Source of the DNA: a virus
IMG/VR virus record: IMGVR_UViG_3300045988_073070
Strand: one strand, 5' to 3'
Length of the DNA: 64,000 nucleotides
Numbering within the stretch: position 1 is the first letter of the stretch; each line of letters starts with the position of its first letter. The translations under genes were made by a program, and so were the position numbers. Shown one piece after another: positions 1 to 10,324 of this stretch. The notes below the pieces were generated by a model, which was not told the origin of the DNA, ran no database searches, and was given only the letters and a program-made list of their open reading frames with translations.

Positions 1-1221
1 TACAATATAGAGCTGAAAGACTTCTTTGAGTTGAATCGGGAATTGATTTGGCAACAATATACCGATTACGATAAAACCATTGAAAAAGCAGGAACTGGTA
101 AGTGGCCAGAGTCAGCGTCAGACCTTACTGAGAACTCATGGTTGCCCTGCCCTTGTAACCTCAAAATACAAGCAACGAAAGTTACGGCTGAGTTAGCCAT
201 CAGTCAGACCAACTTCCAGTCAGAAACAGGCGATTTTTATGCCTTTGCATCTGATGAGATAGCAAACATAATTCAAGACGGGGGTTATCAGATAGCCGAA
301 GCCGTGAAGAGGAATCCCGTTGCGAGAGTTTATGGTTGGTTTAAGTCAATGTATTTCGTACATTCATTGAAGAATGAGGGTTTGGCTTATACTTTGAATG
401 ACGATTTTTTTGATATATCTCAATTCATTGTAAACTTATCAACGCTTCAAGCGAAAGATGGTGGAAGTTTCTCTATGCGTTTACCTATTGTAAATATATT
501 CAAATACGCTAATGGAGTTGGTGTAAATGATAATGATGTTGTTTATAGTGGGACGCCATACGCAGATTTGAAAAAAGATGGAAATAGTTATCGGAATTTG
601 TACATGAAAGACGAGGAATTTTATTCCAAGAATATGTACGGAGAACTTGAATCAAACTATTTCAATTGGCTAATCAGTTCAAACGACCTTCTGTTCATAT
701 CCTTTGAGCAATTGGAAATGGAAGAGGATTCCGACAAGGATGAAATGAGAACGAAAATAGCGAACGGAGTTTTTGATATGATAGCTTTGGTAGATGACGT
801 TAAGGTTGTAGCTGATTCTGCGGGTTCAAATGGATATGTAGAAGTAACGGGAAGGGATTTGATGAAACTTCTTATTGAGGATGGCTCTTTCTTTTTTAAT
901 CCTTCAACGACTTCTGACCCAAGCAATATATTCATGAATGAACAAAGCTATGGTAAGCAAGGAGACATACGAGAAGCCGACCAGATAAATAATACCTACA
1001 ATAATCCAATAAACCGACTTCGGAGAGTAACGGGAGAAATTGATATATTTGCCAATAGAATCAATATGGATTTGAGCTATATATTGAAGGGCGTTATTTC
1101 TCAATTGTCGAATGTTGAGGTTGTGCCTGGATTTGTATTCGATGCTTGGGGCGAAAAAAGAACAACCTATTTGGAATTACAACCATTAAGAAAAGAGGAA
1201 ACAACGAATGGCAACAATTAA
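1..1221 (+). CDS. virion (tail-region) structural protein, 5' end cut by window edge
   Basis: Frame 1 is open from base 1 to the stop at 1219-1221. The ORF-track start at 31 is a TTG and is probably internal. The stop region overlaps the next gene's start. No catalytic motif recognised. Confidence 0.6.
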   Translation, partial: YNIELKDFFELNRELIWQQYTDYDKTIEKAGTGKWPESASDLTENSWLPCPCNLKIQATKVTAELAISQTNFQSETGDFYAFASDEIANIIQDGGYQIAEAVKRNPVARVYGWFKSMYFVHSLKNEGLAYTLNDDFFDISQFIVNLSTLQAKDGGSFSMRLPIVNIFKYANGVGVNDNDVVYSGTPYADLKKDGNSYRNLYMKDEEFYSKNMYGELESNYFNWLISSNDLLFISFEQLEMEEDSDKDEMRTKIANGVFDMIALVDDVKVVADSAGSNGYVEVTGRDLMKLLIEDGSFFFNPSTTSDPSNIFMNEQSYGKQGDIREADQINNTYNNPINRLRRVTGEIDIFANRINMDLSYILKGVISQLSNVEVVPGFVFDAWGEKRTTYLELQPLRKEETTNGNN

Positions 1222-2800
1222 AACTTTCATGAAAGGCTTTTTGGTAGGTCAATCGCAACTTAATGTTACAAGCGACTTCGGCAAAAGACATATGAATGGT
1301 AAGATAAGAAACCATAACGGGATTGACTTTGGCGTTCCCGTAGGTACTGTTTTGAAAGCTCCTTTGGCTGGTACGGTTATAAAGAAAACTGTTCAAAAGA
1401 ACGGAGCTGGATTGTACGTTGCTATAAGATACATTGCTGATATGGGTATGTATTTTGATATATACTTTATGCACATGCATACTGTTGAATCAAGCATATC
1501 CGTTGGCGTATCAGTAGCCGAAGGTCAAACGATAGGAACGACTGGCGGAGCGAAGGGAGACCCAAACGCAGGGCATTCAACTGGCCCACATTTACATCTT
1601 GAAGTTCGTAGAAGTGGAACTGTACCTGTTGACCCAAAGTATTGGTTTTTAGCAAAGGAAAGACTTTATTCAGTTAAGTACAAAAAGATATTGAACTATG
1701 GAGACCCAACTTGGTTATCATTTACGGATGCTTCTTTGAAATCTCAAACAGCTTATAAGTATTCAGCCCAAGCCGATATGACAATGGCTGATGCTACTGA
1801 ATATGTTCCGATAAAAAAGAAATCTCAACCCAATACCGAAGCGAAAGAGAGACTTGCCCCAGGCATTTGGCAGATAACTAAACTTTTGGTTGATAGCTCC
1901 GTTGCTGATAAGCAAGTTTTTGATTCGGGAATATCTACTCAAATGGGAAGTATATTGAATTTCTTCCATAAGGTTTGTCAAGAGCCTTTGGTTGAAATGA
2001 TGGGAGACACGTTTGGTAGTCAATATTATTGGATAGTTCGCAGACCGCCTTTTGATAAAGAGAATCTGACGAAGCTGATAGAAAGTGCGAACTTTGTACT
2101 GAACGGAGATGATATCATAAATACCAATTTATCTTGGAACAACCAAGAGATATTTTCATGGTATCGTTATGTGCCGTATGGCGACCTTTTGGGAATACCC
2201 GAAGCTCAATTGTTCATGCCTGCGGTGTTCTTCCCAGAATTTGCTGCGGTATGGGGAAGCCGACCGCTTGCTGTAGAATCTAACTATTACAATTGGGCTC
2301 AATCAGGACGTTGGAATAATGATAAGACCGAGCAAAAGAATAACGGAGACAGAATCATTCGCAATGCAGTACGTGATTTCAAATACCTTATTGAAAGCAA
2401 TGCTTACAATGCATTCACCCGAAGGGGCACAATAACACTCATGGGCGACCGAAGAATCAAACGGGGAACGTTGGTGACTCATACTTCTGGTGAGATATTC
2501 TATGTGGATTCGGTTCAAAATGAATATTCTGTTTTCGATAAGCAAATAACGAGAACAACAACGCTTACCGTCTCCAGAGGAATGTATCCAAAATTTATTG
2601 ATGGTTTTGAGATTAATAACAAAAAGTATAGTTATTTCAACATCATAGACTTTGGTGAATTAGACATTGAACAGATAACTTCGGAGAATTGGAAAAAGCA
2701 AATTTCAAAATGGAAAGTTGATATTGATAACTTCGGATTCTTTATGTCCAAGCAACAACTGTTTTGGAGTAACATTTGGTTAAATAGAAAAAAGCAATAA
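1208..2800 (+). CDS. tail-associated peptidoglycan endopeptidase, N-terminal M23/LytM domain
   Basis: Both M23 signatures are present: 'HNGIDFGVPVGT' (HxxxD) and 'GHSTGPHLHLEV' (HxH). A ~380-aa C-terminal extension follows. The gene is embedded in the tail gene block. Confidence 0.85.
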   Translation: MATIKTFMKGFLVGQSQLNVTSDFGKRHMNGKIRNHNGIDFGVPVGTVLKAPLAGTVIKKTVQKNGAGLYVAIRYIADMGMYFDIYFMHMHTVESSISVGVSVAEGQTIGTTGGAKGDPNAGHSTGPHLHLEVRRSGTVPVDPKYWFLAKERLYSVKYKKILNYGDPTWLSFTDASLKSQTAYKYSAQADMTMADATEYVPIKKKSQPNTEAKERLAPGIWQITKLLVDSSVADKQVFDSGISTQMGSILNFFHKVCQEPLVEMMGDTFGSQYYWIVRRPPFDKENLTKLIESANFVLNGDDIINTNLSWNNQEIFSWYRYVPYGDLLGIPEAQLFMPAVFFPEFAAVWGSRPLAVESNYYNWAQSGRWNNDKTEQKNNGDRIIRNAVRDFKYLIESNAYNAFTRRGTITLMGDRRIKRGTLVTHTSGEIFYVDSVQNEYSVFDKQITRTTTLTVSRGMYPKFIDGFEINNKKYSYFNIIDFGELDIEQITSENWKKQISKWKVDIDNFGFFMSKQQLFWSNIWLNRKKQ

Positions 2801-2801
2801 T

Positions 2802-3776
2802 ATGAATACCATTGGACTTGTAAAGGTTGAGACGGGAGTAGGTTCAGGCGGTGTAGGCTTTTTAGTCGTACCAGATGAAATTGACCGTGTGCAATATATA
2901 GAAGATTGCTACCGCACTCAAACCGTTTCGATGAACGGTGGTGAGGGTTACGGTTATTACAATTCAGTACGATGCCCGCAAAACATTCTTGAAAATCTTC
3001 AATTCCCTACGGAAACGAGCCGTGGGACACCTGTCGTTTGGGTCAAGGACGGTATGAGTCATTTGCCCGTTATCGTTGGTTGGCTACGTCCAGAAGGAGA
3101 CTTTTATGCGTTGGGAGAAAATCAATGGAGAGTTTCAAGAGGTAACGACAAGCGGAATGTTGAGCTATTTGTTGATGGTAATGTAGCTGCTCTTCAAATC
3201 AGCGTCATGGGCGATAGTGAAGAGCCTGCCAACGTTGATATAAAATTGACGAGCCAAAATCAAGATTCCGTATTTAATCTTTCTTCGGATAATGAAATAA
3301 ATCTTAATGCAGCCAAAAAGGCTACCATTTCAGGAGACAATGAGTTGGACTTCAATATCAAGGAAAAGGGAGAAGTCAAGGGTCAAATAAGATACTTGAT
3401 TGGGGAAGGACTTTCAATCATATCCGAGAAGAACGTTTCATGGACTATCCGAGATGATGAGGATAAGGAATTGACTACAATGACGTACAAGGCTGGTACG
3501 GGCTTTGTATATAAAGACGAATTTGGAAATGAGATAAAGTGTTCTGACGGACTGGTAGAATTGATTAGCAAGCAAATAAACCACAATAGCGGAAAAGAGC
3601 CGATGGTTTTGGGAGATACGCTTGAAAAGATATTGAATGACCTTTTAACGGCAATACAAAAATTAACCGTTATTTCTCCTGTGGGAGCTACATCACCGCC
3701 AGTTAATATAGCCGACTTTGCTGAAATACAAGCGAGGTTGGATACAATCAAAAGTAAAAAATCTAATTTGGAATAA
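2802..3776 (+). CDS. baseplate/tail-tip protein (possible hub or spike; positional call only)
   Basis: 324-aa ORF starting 2 nt after the previous stop. It lies upstream of the gp25-like and J-like genes. No diagnostic motif. Confidence 0.65.
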   Translation: MNTIGLVKVETGVGSGGVGFLVVPDEIDRVQYIEDCYRTQTVSMNGGEGYGYYNSVRCPQNILENLQFPTETSRGTPVVWVKDGMSHLPVIVGWLRPEGDFYALGENQWRVSRGNDKRNVELFVDGNVAALQISVMGDSEEPANVDIKLTSQNQDSVFNLSSDNEINLNAAKKATISGDNELDFNIKEKGEVKGQIRYLIGEGLSIISEKNVSWTIRDDEDKELTTMTYKAGTGFVYKDEFGNEIKCSDGLVELISKQINHNSGKEPMVLGDTLEKILNDLLTAIQKLTVISPVGATSPPVNIADFAEIQARLDTIKSKKSNLE

Positions 3777-3778
3777 TT

Positions 3779-4045
3779 ATGCCATTAGCAACAGAAGTAT
3801 TGAGAACAACTCTCAAAGCAAAAATCAAGGAAGCTCTTGACCAACCGATTGATGAAAAATCGGATTCCGAAGCGGTAAAGAATAGATTTGCCGAAAACAT
3901 ATCAAACGCAATAGCCGATGGCGTTGACGCTTGGATTAAGACAGCGACCGTTACAGTGGCTCAAGGAATACCAGTGGCAACAGCAGGAAGTCCTACGGCA
4001 CAGACAGGTGCAACAACAGCTCCTGGCACTGGAACAATCTCTTAA
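3779..4045 (+). CDS. small virion-module protein
   Basis: 88-aa ORF with its ATG 3 nt after the previous stop. The C-terminus is Ala/Thr/Gly-rich ('ATAGSPTAQTGATTAPGTGT'). Confidence 0.55.
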   Translation: MPLATEVLRTTLKAKIKEALDQPIDEKSDSEAVKNRFAENISNAIADGVDAWIKTATVTVAQGIPVATAGSPTAQTGATTAPGTGTIS

Positions 4046-4073
4046 CAGTTATTAAGTTGTAAAATTAAACAGT

Positions 4074-4826
4074 ATGGGAGTTTTAGGAAATTCAGTAAAC
4101 GAAGTATTGGAACAATCGAGGTCATTAGTGATGACGGTTGGGAAGGCTGCTTTACACTCTATAGCTCCAGACAACTTTGAATATTATCTTTGTTCTTTGG
4201 AACTTATTGATAGTGCTGGAAATACAAAGGGTTTTTTGTCTTTCGTTGTTATGCCAAATAACTATATGGAGACGAGAACAACGGTTGGTTCGGTTACTAA
4301 AACCCAAAGTGGTGTAACTACATTATATAACAGCACATTCGCTCCGAGAGATATTTCAATTCAAGGAACGTTTGGACGAAAATTGAGACTTTTGCTTGGC
4401 TTAAAAGAGGTTGAGGATAAGAATGATAAAAGTATTCCATTTTTCAATGGTCAATTCGGCAAAGTATTAGGTCAGGAAGTTCTGGTGAAGACGGGATATG
4501 GTTTGACGAAGATGCTACAAAAGATGGTTGAAACTACTTATAAGACCGATGAGCAAGGTGGTTCACATATACTTCTTTTTAGCAATTATTCTTTGAATAC
4601 CAATTACGTTGTAGAAGTTTTGCAGGATTCTTACAGTCAAAGTATAGATAACAATATGCTTTGGTTTTATTCTTTGGAAATGAAAGCCGTTGCACCTCAA
4701 TCAGCCGTACAACGTGGAGAGAATTTTAGCAAGACCGCTCAACTAATAACAACCGTTGCAGCAGGAGCGATAGCGAAGGGAATTGGTAATATATTGAACT
4801 CCGTAACAAGAGCGATAAATTTGTGA
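4074..4826 (+). CDS. virion-module protein (hypothetical)
   Basis: 250-aa ORF preceded by 'AAGTTGTAAAATTAAACAGT' (start-proximal TGTAAA motif). Its stop lies 2 nt before the next start. Confidence 0.65.
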   Translation: MGVLGNSVNEVLEQSRSLVMTVGKAALHSIAPDNFEYYLCSLELIDSAGNTKGFLSFVVMPNNYMETRTTVGSVTKTQSGVTTLYNSTFAPRDISIQGTFGRKLRLLLGLKEVEDKNDKSIPFFNGQFGKVLGQEVLVKTGYGLTKMLQKMVETTYKTDEQGGSHILLFSNYSLNTNYVVEVLQDSYSQSIDNNMLWFYSLEMKAVAPQSAVQRGENFSKTAQLITTVAAGAIAKGIGNILNSVTRAINL

Positions 4827-4827
4827 T

Positions 4828-5748
4828 ATGGAAAGTATTGTAATAGAATTTCAAAAAGTAACGAAATATCCGTTGGTTGAGTTTCTGACTCAATACAGGA
4901 ATTTTATGCTCAATTCCTATCCAGAGATTGACCGCTATTTTTCGGGAGAAACTGCGTCAATAGATAACGCTCATTTGATTGCTCTGAAGAACTTGACTAA
5001 TGAGTGTGGTAATTGTATGTCGCAATTCAAAAACTTTGCTAATAAGTTCGACAAGTGCGGTTATTGGGAATTGATGGAATATATAGGAAATTTGGAAGAT
5101 ACGATTGATAAAATCAACAAACTTCCGAAGTTCCGCAGAACGTCTTTGACCAAGCGAGGTTATCAACCAGTAGTTCAAGTAGCAACGGATGTTGGCGGAT
5201 TCCGTACTATGGAAGATGTTGCGAATATTGTTCAAAATCTAAACCAAGATAATTTCAATTGGGTTGATTTGATGTTAAGCAATGACTTAAACGAGGTAGA
5301 TTGGGAGATTGATAAACTCACTCCGTTGAACGTATTGATAAATAATACGGTTGATGTAGTAGTTACAACGATTCTTGACCAACCTATCGGAAAGCGTATC
5401 TATGGGAAGGATATAAACAGAAAGATTACTTTTGTAGATAACGACTTGGATATAAAGATTTGGCAAGATAATATTGAACAAAAGTGCGATATATTGTTAA
5501 GTCTGAAACGTGGCGATGTTCCCGAAAATATGTTATTTGGTCAAAACACTGAATTGACTATCGGAGTAACGTCAAAAAGTTTCTCCTATCCAGAGTTGGT
5601 TAAAAATCTACAAAACACGTTCTTACAAAACGACTTGTTCCAATATGTAGAAATAACCAAGTTTCAATATGAGAACGGCTCTATGTTTATGTATTGCGAG
5701 ATTAAGACAAAATATGATTATAAAACCGAAAGAAAGATTGTAGTATGA
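4828..5748 (+). CDS. baseplate wedge protein with gp25/gpW-like C-terminal region
   Basis: 'KCDILLSLKRGDVPENMLFGQNTELTIG' resembles the gp25/GPW signature (iL.T..GeR...p.fG). The gene sits immediately upstream of a baseplate-J-like gene, which is the canonical W-J order. Confidence 0.6.
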   Translation: MESIVIEFQKVTKYPLVEFLTQYRNFMLNSYPEIDRYFSGETASIDNAHLIALKNLTNECGNCMSQFKNFANKFDKCGYWELMEYIGNLEDTIDKINKLPKFRRTSLTKRGYQPVVQVATDVGGFRTMEDVANIVQNLNQDNFNWVDLMLSNDLNEVDWEIDKLTPLNVLINNTVDVVVTTILDQPIGKRIYGKDINRKITFVDNDLDIKIWQDNIEQKCDILLSLKRGDVPENMLFGQNTELTIGVTSKSFSYPELVKNLQNTFLQNDLFQYVEITKFQYENGSMFMYCEIKTKYDYKTERKIVV

Positions 5749-6941
5749 TTACAAAAATAATTCCTGTAAATGAGCTCAAGCAGATGTTCCTTGAAATCTT
5801 TCTTAACAAGACGGATAAGGTCAACGATGTTTCTCAAGAATCTGTATTGAATGGCTTTGCCTTCGGATGCGCCAAAGTGGGTCAGAAGTGTTTGGTCAAT
5901 CAAGCGATTGTTGAGGGGCATATTTTTCCTGATACGGCTTATGGAAAGTATTTGGATGACCTTGCTAAAATTCGTGGCGTAGCTCCGAGATTTGGCGCAC
6001 AAGGCTCTTCCACTTATTTGAGATTGGTAGGAGATGAAGGAACGACCTATTTGGCTGATGTGACTACCTTTACAAGTTCTTCGGGCGTTAATTTCTCTTT
6101 GGAAAATGACGTTGTGATAGGTGTGAATGGTTTTGCTTATGCAAAAGTCAAAAGCGATTCCGAAGGAGCTTCAACGAACGTTGACCCATTGTCTATAAAT
6201 AAGCTCACCCCAGTTCCTTCTGGACATATAGCTTGTACAAATGAATACCGAGCTACGGGTGGACGAGACGATGAGGATGACGATTTGTTCCGAATAAGAA
6301 TCAAAGAAAGCGTAAACCAATTGGCGAGAAATACACTGTCTTATTTGGAGCAAGTGTTTATGAAAATAAACAATAATGTTTTGAAAGTTCATAAGGGCGG
6401 TGTTGATAGCGATGGAAGATTCAACTTGATTGTGGTATCGGTAAATGGACAAGACTTCACGGATGAAGAATTTAACCAGATATTGAGCCAAAGCGAGGAA
6501 TTTTTGACGTTATCGGAGTTATTGAGCACATCAACTGGATATTCCTTGAAACTCAATAATGTTAATTGGTTACCTGTTGACGTGGAGTTCCGAGTGGATA
6601 TTGACCCAGCCTATGACCAAGATAAAGTAAGAAGGGAAATCCAAATTCAGATGGGCAAGATGTTTGACTATCGTTTCTGGAAGTACGGGGATAAAGTTGA
6701 ATGGGAAAACCTTTTATATGCCGCCAAGAACGTTGATGGAGTGCGATATGTGCCCGATACGCATTTTTCACCTCATGCTGATATAAACGTTCCCGAATAT
6801 CGACTACCACGCATAAGAGGGTTTGTAATGCGTGACCTTGATGGGAATATCATAGAAGATAATGGCGGTGTATTGAGTGAGTTCTTCTATCCCAACGAAA
6901 TTGATTATTCATTCCAAGCATCTGTATTAACGACAATATGA
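5745..6941 (+). CDS. baseplate J-like protein
   Basis: 'ATGGRDDEDDDLFRIRIKES' matches the Baseplate_J hallmark (GG.d.Esdeel+.R). 398 aa. ATGA overlap with the upstream gene. Confidence 0.7.
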   Translation: MITKIIPVNELKQMFLEIFLNKTDKVNDVSQESVLNGFAFGCAKVGQKCLVNQAIVEGHIFPDTAYGKYLDDLAKIRGVAPRFGAQGSSTYLRLVGDEGTTYLADVTTFTSSSGVNFSLENDVVIGVNGFAYAKVKSDSEGASTNVDPLSINKLTPVPSGHIACTNEYRATGGRDDEDDDLFRIRIKESVNQLARNTLSYLEQVFMKINNNVLKVHKGGVDSDGRFNLIVVSVNGQDFTDEEFNQILSQSEEFLTLSELLSTSTGYSLKLNNVNWLPVDVEFRVDIDPAYDQDKVRREIQIQMGKMFDYRFWKYGDKVEWENLLYAAKNVDGVRYVPDTHFSPHADINVPEYRLPRIRGFVMRDLDGNIIEDNGGVLSEFFYPNEIDYSFQASVLTTI

Positions 6942-7252
6942 CAACCGAAGTACCAACAAGAACAATAACCGAGATGAAGGATGGAGAAGGCGTGAACTTA
7001 TCTATCCTTTGCGTTCCTTCAATACAGGATGATGGTTCGGAAAATCCGACAATTTATTCATCCAAAGTATTGGAAGAGCCTTTGACCGTTGATACAGTTG
7101 ATGGAATAGAAGGTGAGTTGATAATTTCTTCCGAAGAAACAAATGCAGGAAGTCTCAACAACGCTGGCGACTTTATAGTCAATACCGAGATTGATGACGC
7201 TGATAAGTATTCGGTTGACCAAACAGAGGGGGATTTGCTATATGAAGAATAA
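6938..7252 (+). CDS. small acidic virion-module protein
   Basis: 104-aa ORF with ATGA overlap to the J-like gene. Very acidic. Confidence 0.55.
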   Translation: MTTEVPTRTITEMKDGEGVNLSILCVPSIQDDGSENPTIYSSKVLEEPLTVDTVDGIEGELIISSEETNAGSLNNAGDFIVNTEIDDADKYSVDQTEGDLLYEE

Positions 7253-8927
7253 CAAACTATTAGCAGTTGGAGATATATTGATTGTAAACGTCCATTCTCA
7301 AATGAGTGGACGGGTTCAATTGTTATCCTTTGTAGATGACCTCACAGGAATTGATACCAATAGAAACATACAAAGAGAGTTCCGAATAACGGTTGATGAT
7401 ACGTTCTGGACTGAATGGACAAATTTGACCGATGAGAATTTAGCAAAGACCGATTCAACGTTTGTTGATGGATTCTTTACAATTCAAGTTCGTTACACAC
7501 GCATAGGCTCTGACGAGACGGGAGAAATAGAGTTCAACAGTATTAACTTCTCAGGACACGTTGAACCCAAGATTTTAGTAGCACCTACAATCGAAGGCAG
7601 CATCTTCGCTGATACTATTAATGAGCCTGAATTAAAAGTCTTGGAAAGGAACATTTTCAAGAAATTATATTATCGTGGAATTTTACCTCAATATATCATA
7701 CGTGCCGACAATTCCGATATAAAAGAAGATAAGGACTTTGCTGACCTTTGGAGTTCGGTTGCTAAATTCTTTGGTTTGTTTATACGATTCTTCAAGAGAT
7801 ATGAAAATTTCAACGATGATTATTCTTTGTTGTATGAATACGTTCGACAGAATGGTTTGTATTTTGATGAGTCAAAAATAACTCTTGAAGATTTACAATA
7901 TTTAGCTCAGCACTTCTATGACCAGATTCGTCAAAGAGGAACGAATATGATATTCAAGAAAAAAGGAGATGTCTTGGCTGATGGAACTATTGTACCGATT
8001 AATGGCGAATTTATTCGTTTGATGAGAACGAAGATATATGATGAGCTTTTGTATGAAGTCCTTCCTTTGAACAAAATAGGTTGGTGCGTTGGTCAATCAT
8101 CTCCGATGTGGAGAGGTACATCACGCTCCAAATTTTTGAATAAAACAAAAGAAGATACCGAGAATTTCCAAGACCTATCTAATTTTGTATTGAATCGTGA
8201 AGGCAATGCTTCATACGCTCTATCTACTTTTGATGGCAAACAAGTTTTGATGTTAAGAGCCAATACGGGTGGAACGGCAGGACTTGGAAGATTGGATGAA
8301 GAACAAGACGTTTCAAACAATCTCTATATTGCCGATTCAAGAATGGATTATGAGATAACTTTCGCTTTCCGAATTTTGAGCACTTCCAGCGCAAATTCTC
8401 ATTTACGTTTCGGAGTTGAGGGATTTGATTCATCAAAGAATAAATTGAACGATGCTTTCATTTTACCAAGTGGTGATTCTGTTTCTGAATCCTTCTTTGA
8501 TATTGATACGCTGAATAAGCGAAAGGATTGCTGGTATTATGTTCGTGGAATCATACACGCCTATTCTACCCAGAATGTTGACGAGAATCCGAAAACTAAT
8601 ATTGGATTTGGGAACAACTTATATTTCAATAACTCTTTTGTCAAATATATATTGCCGAAGATTCAAGTCACTGGTACTTCCGATACCCAAATAGCAATTT
8701 GGGATTATAAGATAAGACCTTTGGTGAGAGGAACAAATATATTGCCGTTGAAAGACGGTCAAGCGAACGCAATGAGCTTGGGATTTATTCAAAGTTCACG
8801 TGTATTCTTTATATACGTTAAGAGCAATAACAATTCCTTGTCTCAACAAGAGTTGACCGAGATAGTAAACAAATATTTACTTCCGTTCAACTTCAACACC
8901 ATTTATGTATATATTAACAATTTCTAA
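7242..8927 (+). CDS. baseplate/tail fibre-associated protein (hypothetical)
   Basis: Long ORF. I chose the ATG at 7242 (MKNNKLL...), which overlaps the previous stop by 11 nt, instead of the track start at 7191. Confidence 0.65.
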   Translation: MKNNKLLAVGDILIVNVHSQMSGRVQLLSFVDDLTGIDTNRNIQREFRITVDDTFWTEWTNLTDENLAKTDSTFVDGFFTIQVRYTRIGSDETGEIEFNSINFSGHVEPKILVAPTIEGSIFADTINEPELKVLERNIFKKLYYRGILPQYIIRADNSDIKEDKDFADLWSSVAKFFGLFIRFFKRYENFNDDYSLLYEYVRQNGLYFDESKITLEDLQYLAQHFYDQIRQRGTNMIFKKKGDVLADGTIVPINGEFIRLMRTKIYDELLYEVLPLNKIGWCVGQSSPMWRGTSRSKFLNKTKEDTENFQDLSNFVLNREGNASYALSTFDGKQVLMLRANTGGTAGLGRLDEEQDVSNNLYIADSRMDYEITFAFRILSTSSANSHLRFGVEGFDSSKNKLNDAFILPSGDSVSESFFDIDTLNKRKDCWYYVRGIIHAYSTQNVDENPKTNIGFGNNLYFNNSFVKYILPKIQVTGTSDTQIAIWDYKIRPLVRGTNILPLKDGQANAMSLGFIQSSRVFFIYVKSNNNSLSQQELTEIVNKYLLPFNFNTIYVYINNF

Positions 8928-8940
8928 AAATAAGAACGCT

Positions 8941-10320
8941 ATGTCAAAGTTGAAAATTAGTGAAAATTTATTCCTTGAAGTAGCGGAGCTGAACAGGCTT
9001 GTCCGATTCCTTAAAACAGAAGGATATGAGCAGCTTGTAAAGTCTATGGTAAAGTCATACGGAATAGTTAGCAATGCTGAAAATAACTATTACAAGGTGA
9101 CTTCAAAGGTTGGTACTTCCAATAGTATCATTATCAATCCTGGCATTGCCTTTGATTCCCAGCTCCGAGCTATCAAAATGGAAAACTCACTGGACATGAC
9201 CATAACCAATACGGGTATGGTACGTTGGTTGATTTTGCAATATAAATCTACCAATTTTGAGAAAGGAACGGTTGCTGTAACCGCTGACGGAACGATTCAA
9301 GGAACAGGAACAGCTTTCACAGAAGTATTAAGAGGACAACCAAACTTTCCAACGAAAGTAGTTTTCAATTCTTCTACCAATACAGAAGAATATGAAGTTG
9401 TATCGGTAACCAATGATAATTCGGCAATCCTTTCAGGCTCTTTCATTCCCGAAGCTGGTTTGAGGTATTCTGTTGTTGGAGCTTTCACACCTGGTTTTGA
9501 ACCGACCGAAGAAAACAAAAGAATTTATGAAATGGATAGTTATGAAATAACCATCATAGATTCGGCTGACGTTCCTTCCTTGACTGCTGACCAATTCGTT
9601 TTGGCTTCAATAGAGTTTTCTGGCAATGGTATGATAATAACCGACAGACGGTCAGGATATATGTTTAATAGCTCAAGTTACACGGGCGGTATCAAGCCGA
9701 CTACGGATGAGCTTGTAAGTTTGTTGAGGATTCAAAGGATTCAAACAAACCTTTTGGAAGTTTCTATTGAACATGGATATTCCATAACGGGTTTTGAAGT
9801 AATAGAAACCACAACGGCAACGATATTCCGAATAAAAGCAGGTAGTAGCAATTTCTTGGGCACTGGAGCTATTCCCAACAGTATGTTCAAGAATTGGGTA
9901 TTGATTAACAAAAATACTTTGAAAAAAGTAGCTATTGACGACAATACCGACCATGACTTGTATATCTCCAAATTTGATGAGGACGTTATCGCAGGGGACG
10001 TATCGCAATTTGCTGTTTGTCCACCATATCCAGAATTGGAATACCGAATTTCATACGCTGGAGATAGTGTTTCGGCAGCTCCTTCTTTCCATCTGGTTAC
10101 GCAAGGAAGTAATGCGAACAAAATATTGATTCCCGTTCCGTATGGAGTTATAACAATCAGTTTGCGTTTTCGTCTTATTGACGGAGATGAATCAACTCCT
10201 TGGCAAAAATTCTCAATAGCCGAATATGTCAACGAGAACGGAGAAAAGCAAATGATTGGAGATTCTCAATTTATAATCACGGTGAACGAGCCTGTTGTTG
10301 AACTCAGAAATTATTCGTAA
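8941..10320 (+). CDS. tail/baseplate structural protein (hypothetical)
   Basis: I chose the ATG at 8941 (MSKLKISE...), just after the previous stop at 8927. The track start at 8905 would overlap the upstream gene. Confidence 0.65.
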   Translation: MSKLKISENLFLEVAELNRLVRFLKTEGYEQLVKSMVKSYGIVSNAENNYYKVTSKVGTSNSIIINPGIAFDSQLRAIKMENSLDMTITNTGMVRWLILQYKSTNFEKGTVAVTADGTIQGTGTAFTEVLRGQPNFPTKVVFNSSTNTEEYEVVSVTNDNSAILSGSFIPEAGLRYSVVGAFTPGFEPTEENKRIYEMDSYEITIIDSADVPSLTADQFVLASIEFSGNGMIITDRRSGYMFNSSSYTGGIKPTTDELVSLLRIQRIQTNLLEVSIEHGYSITGFEVIETTTATIFRIKAGSSNFLGTGAIPNSMFKNWVLINKNTLKKVAIDDNTDHDLYISKFDEDVIAGDVSQFAVCPPYPELEYRISYAGDSVSAAPSFHLVTQGSNANKILIPVPYGVITISLRFRLIDGDESTPWQKFSIAEYVNENGEKQMIGDSQFIITVNEPVVELRNYS

Positions 10321-10324
10321 AGAT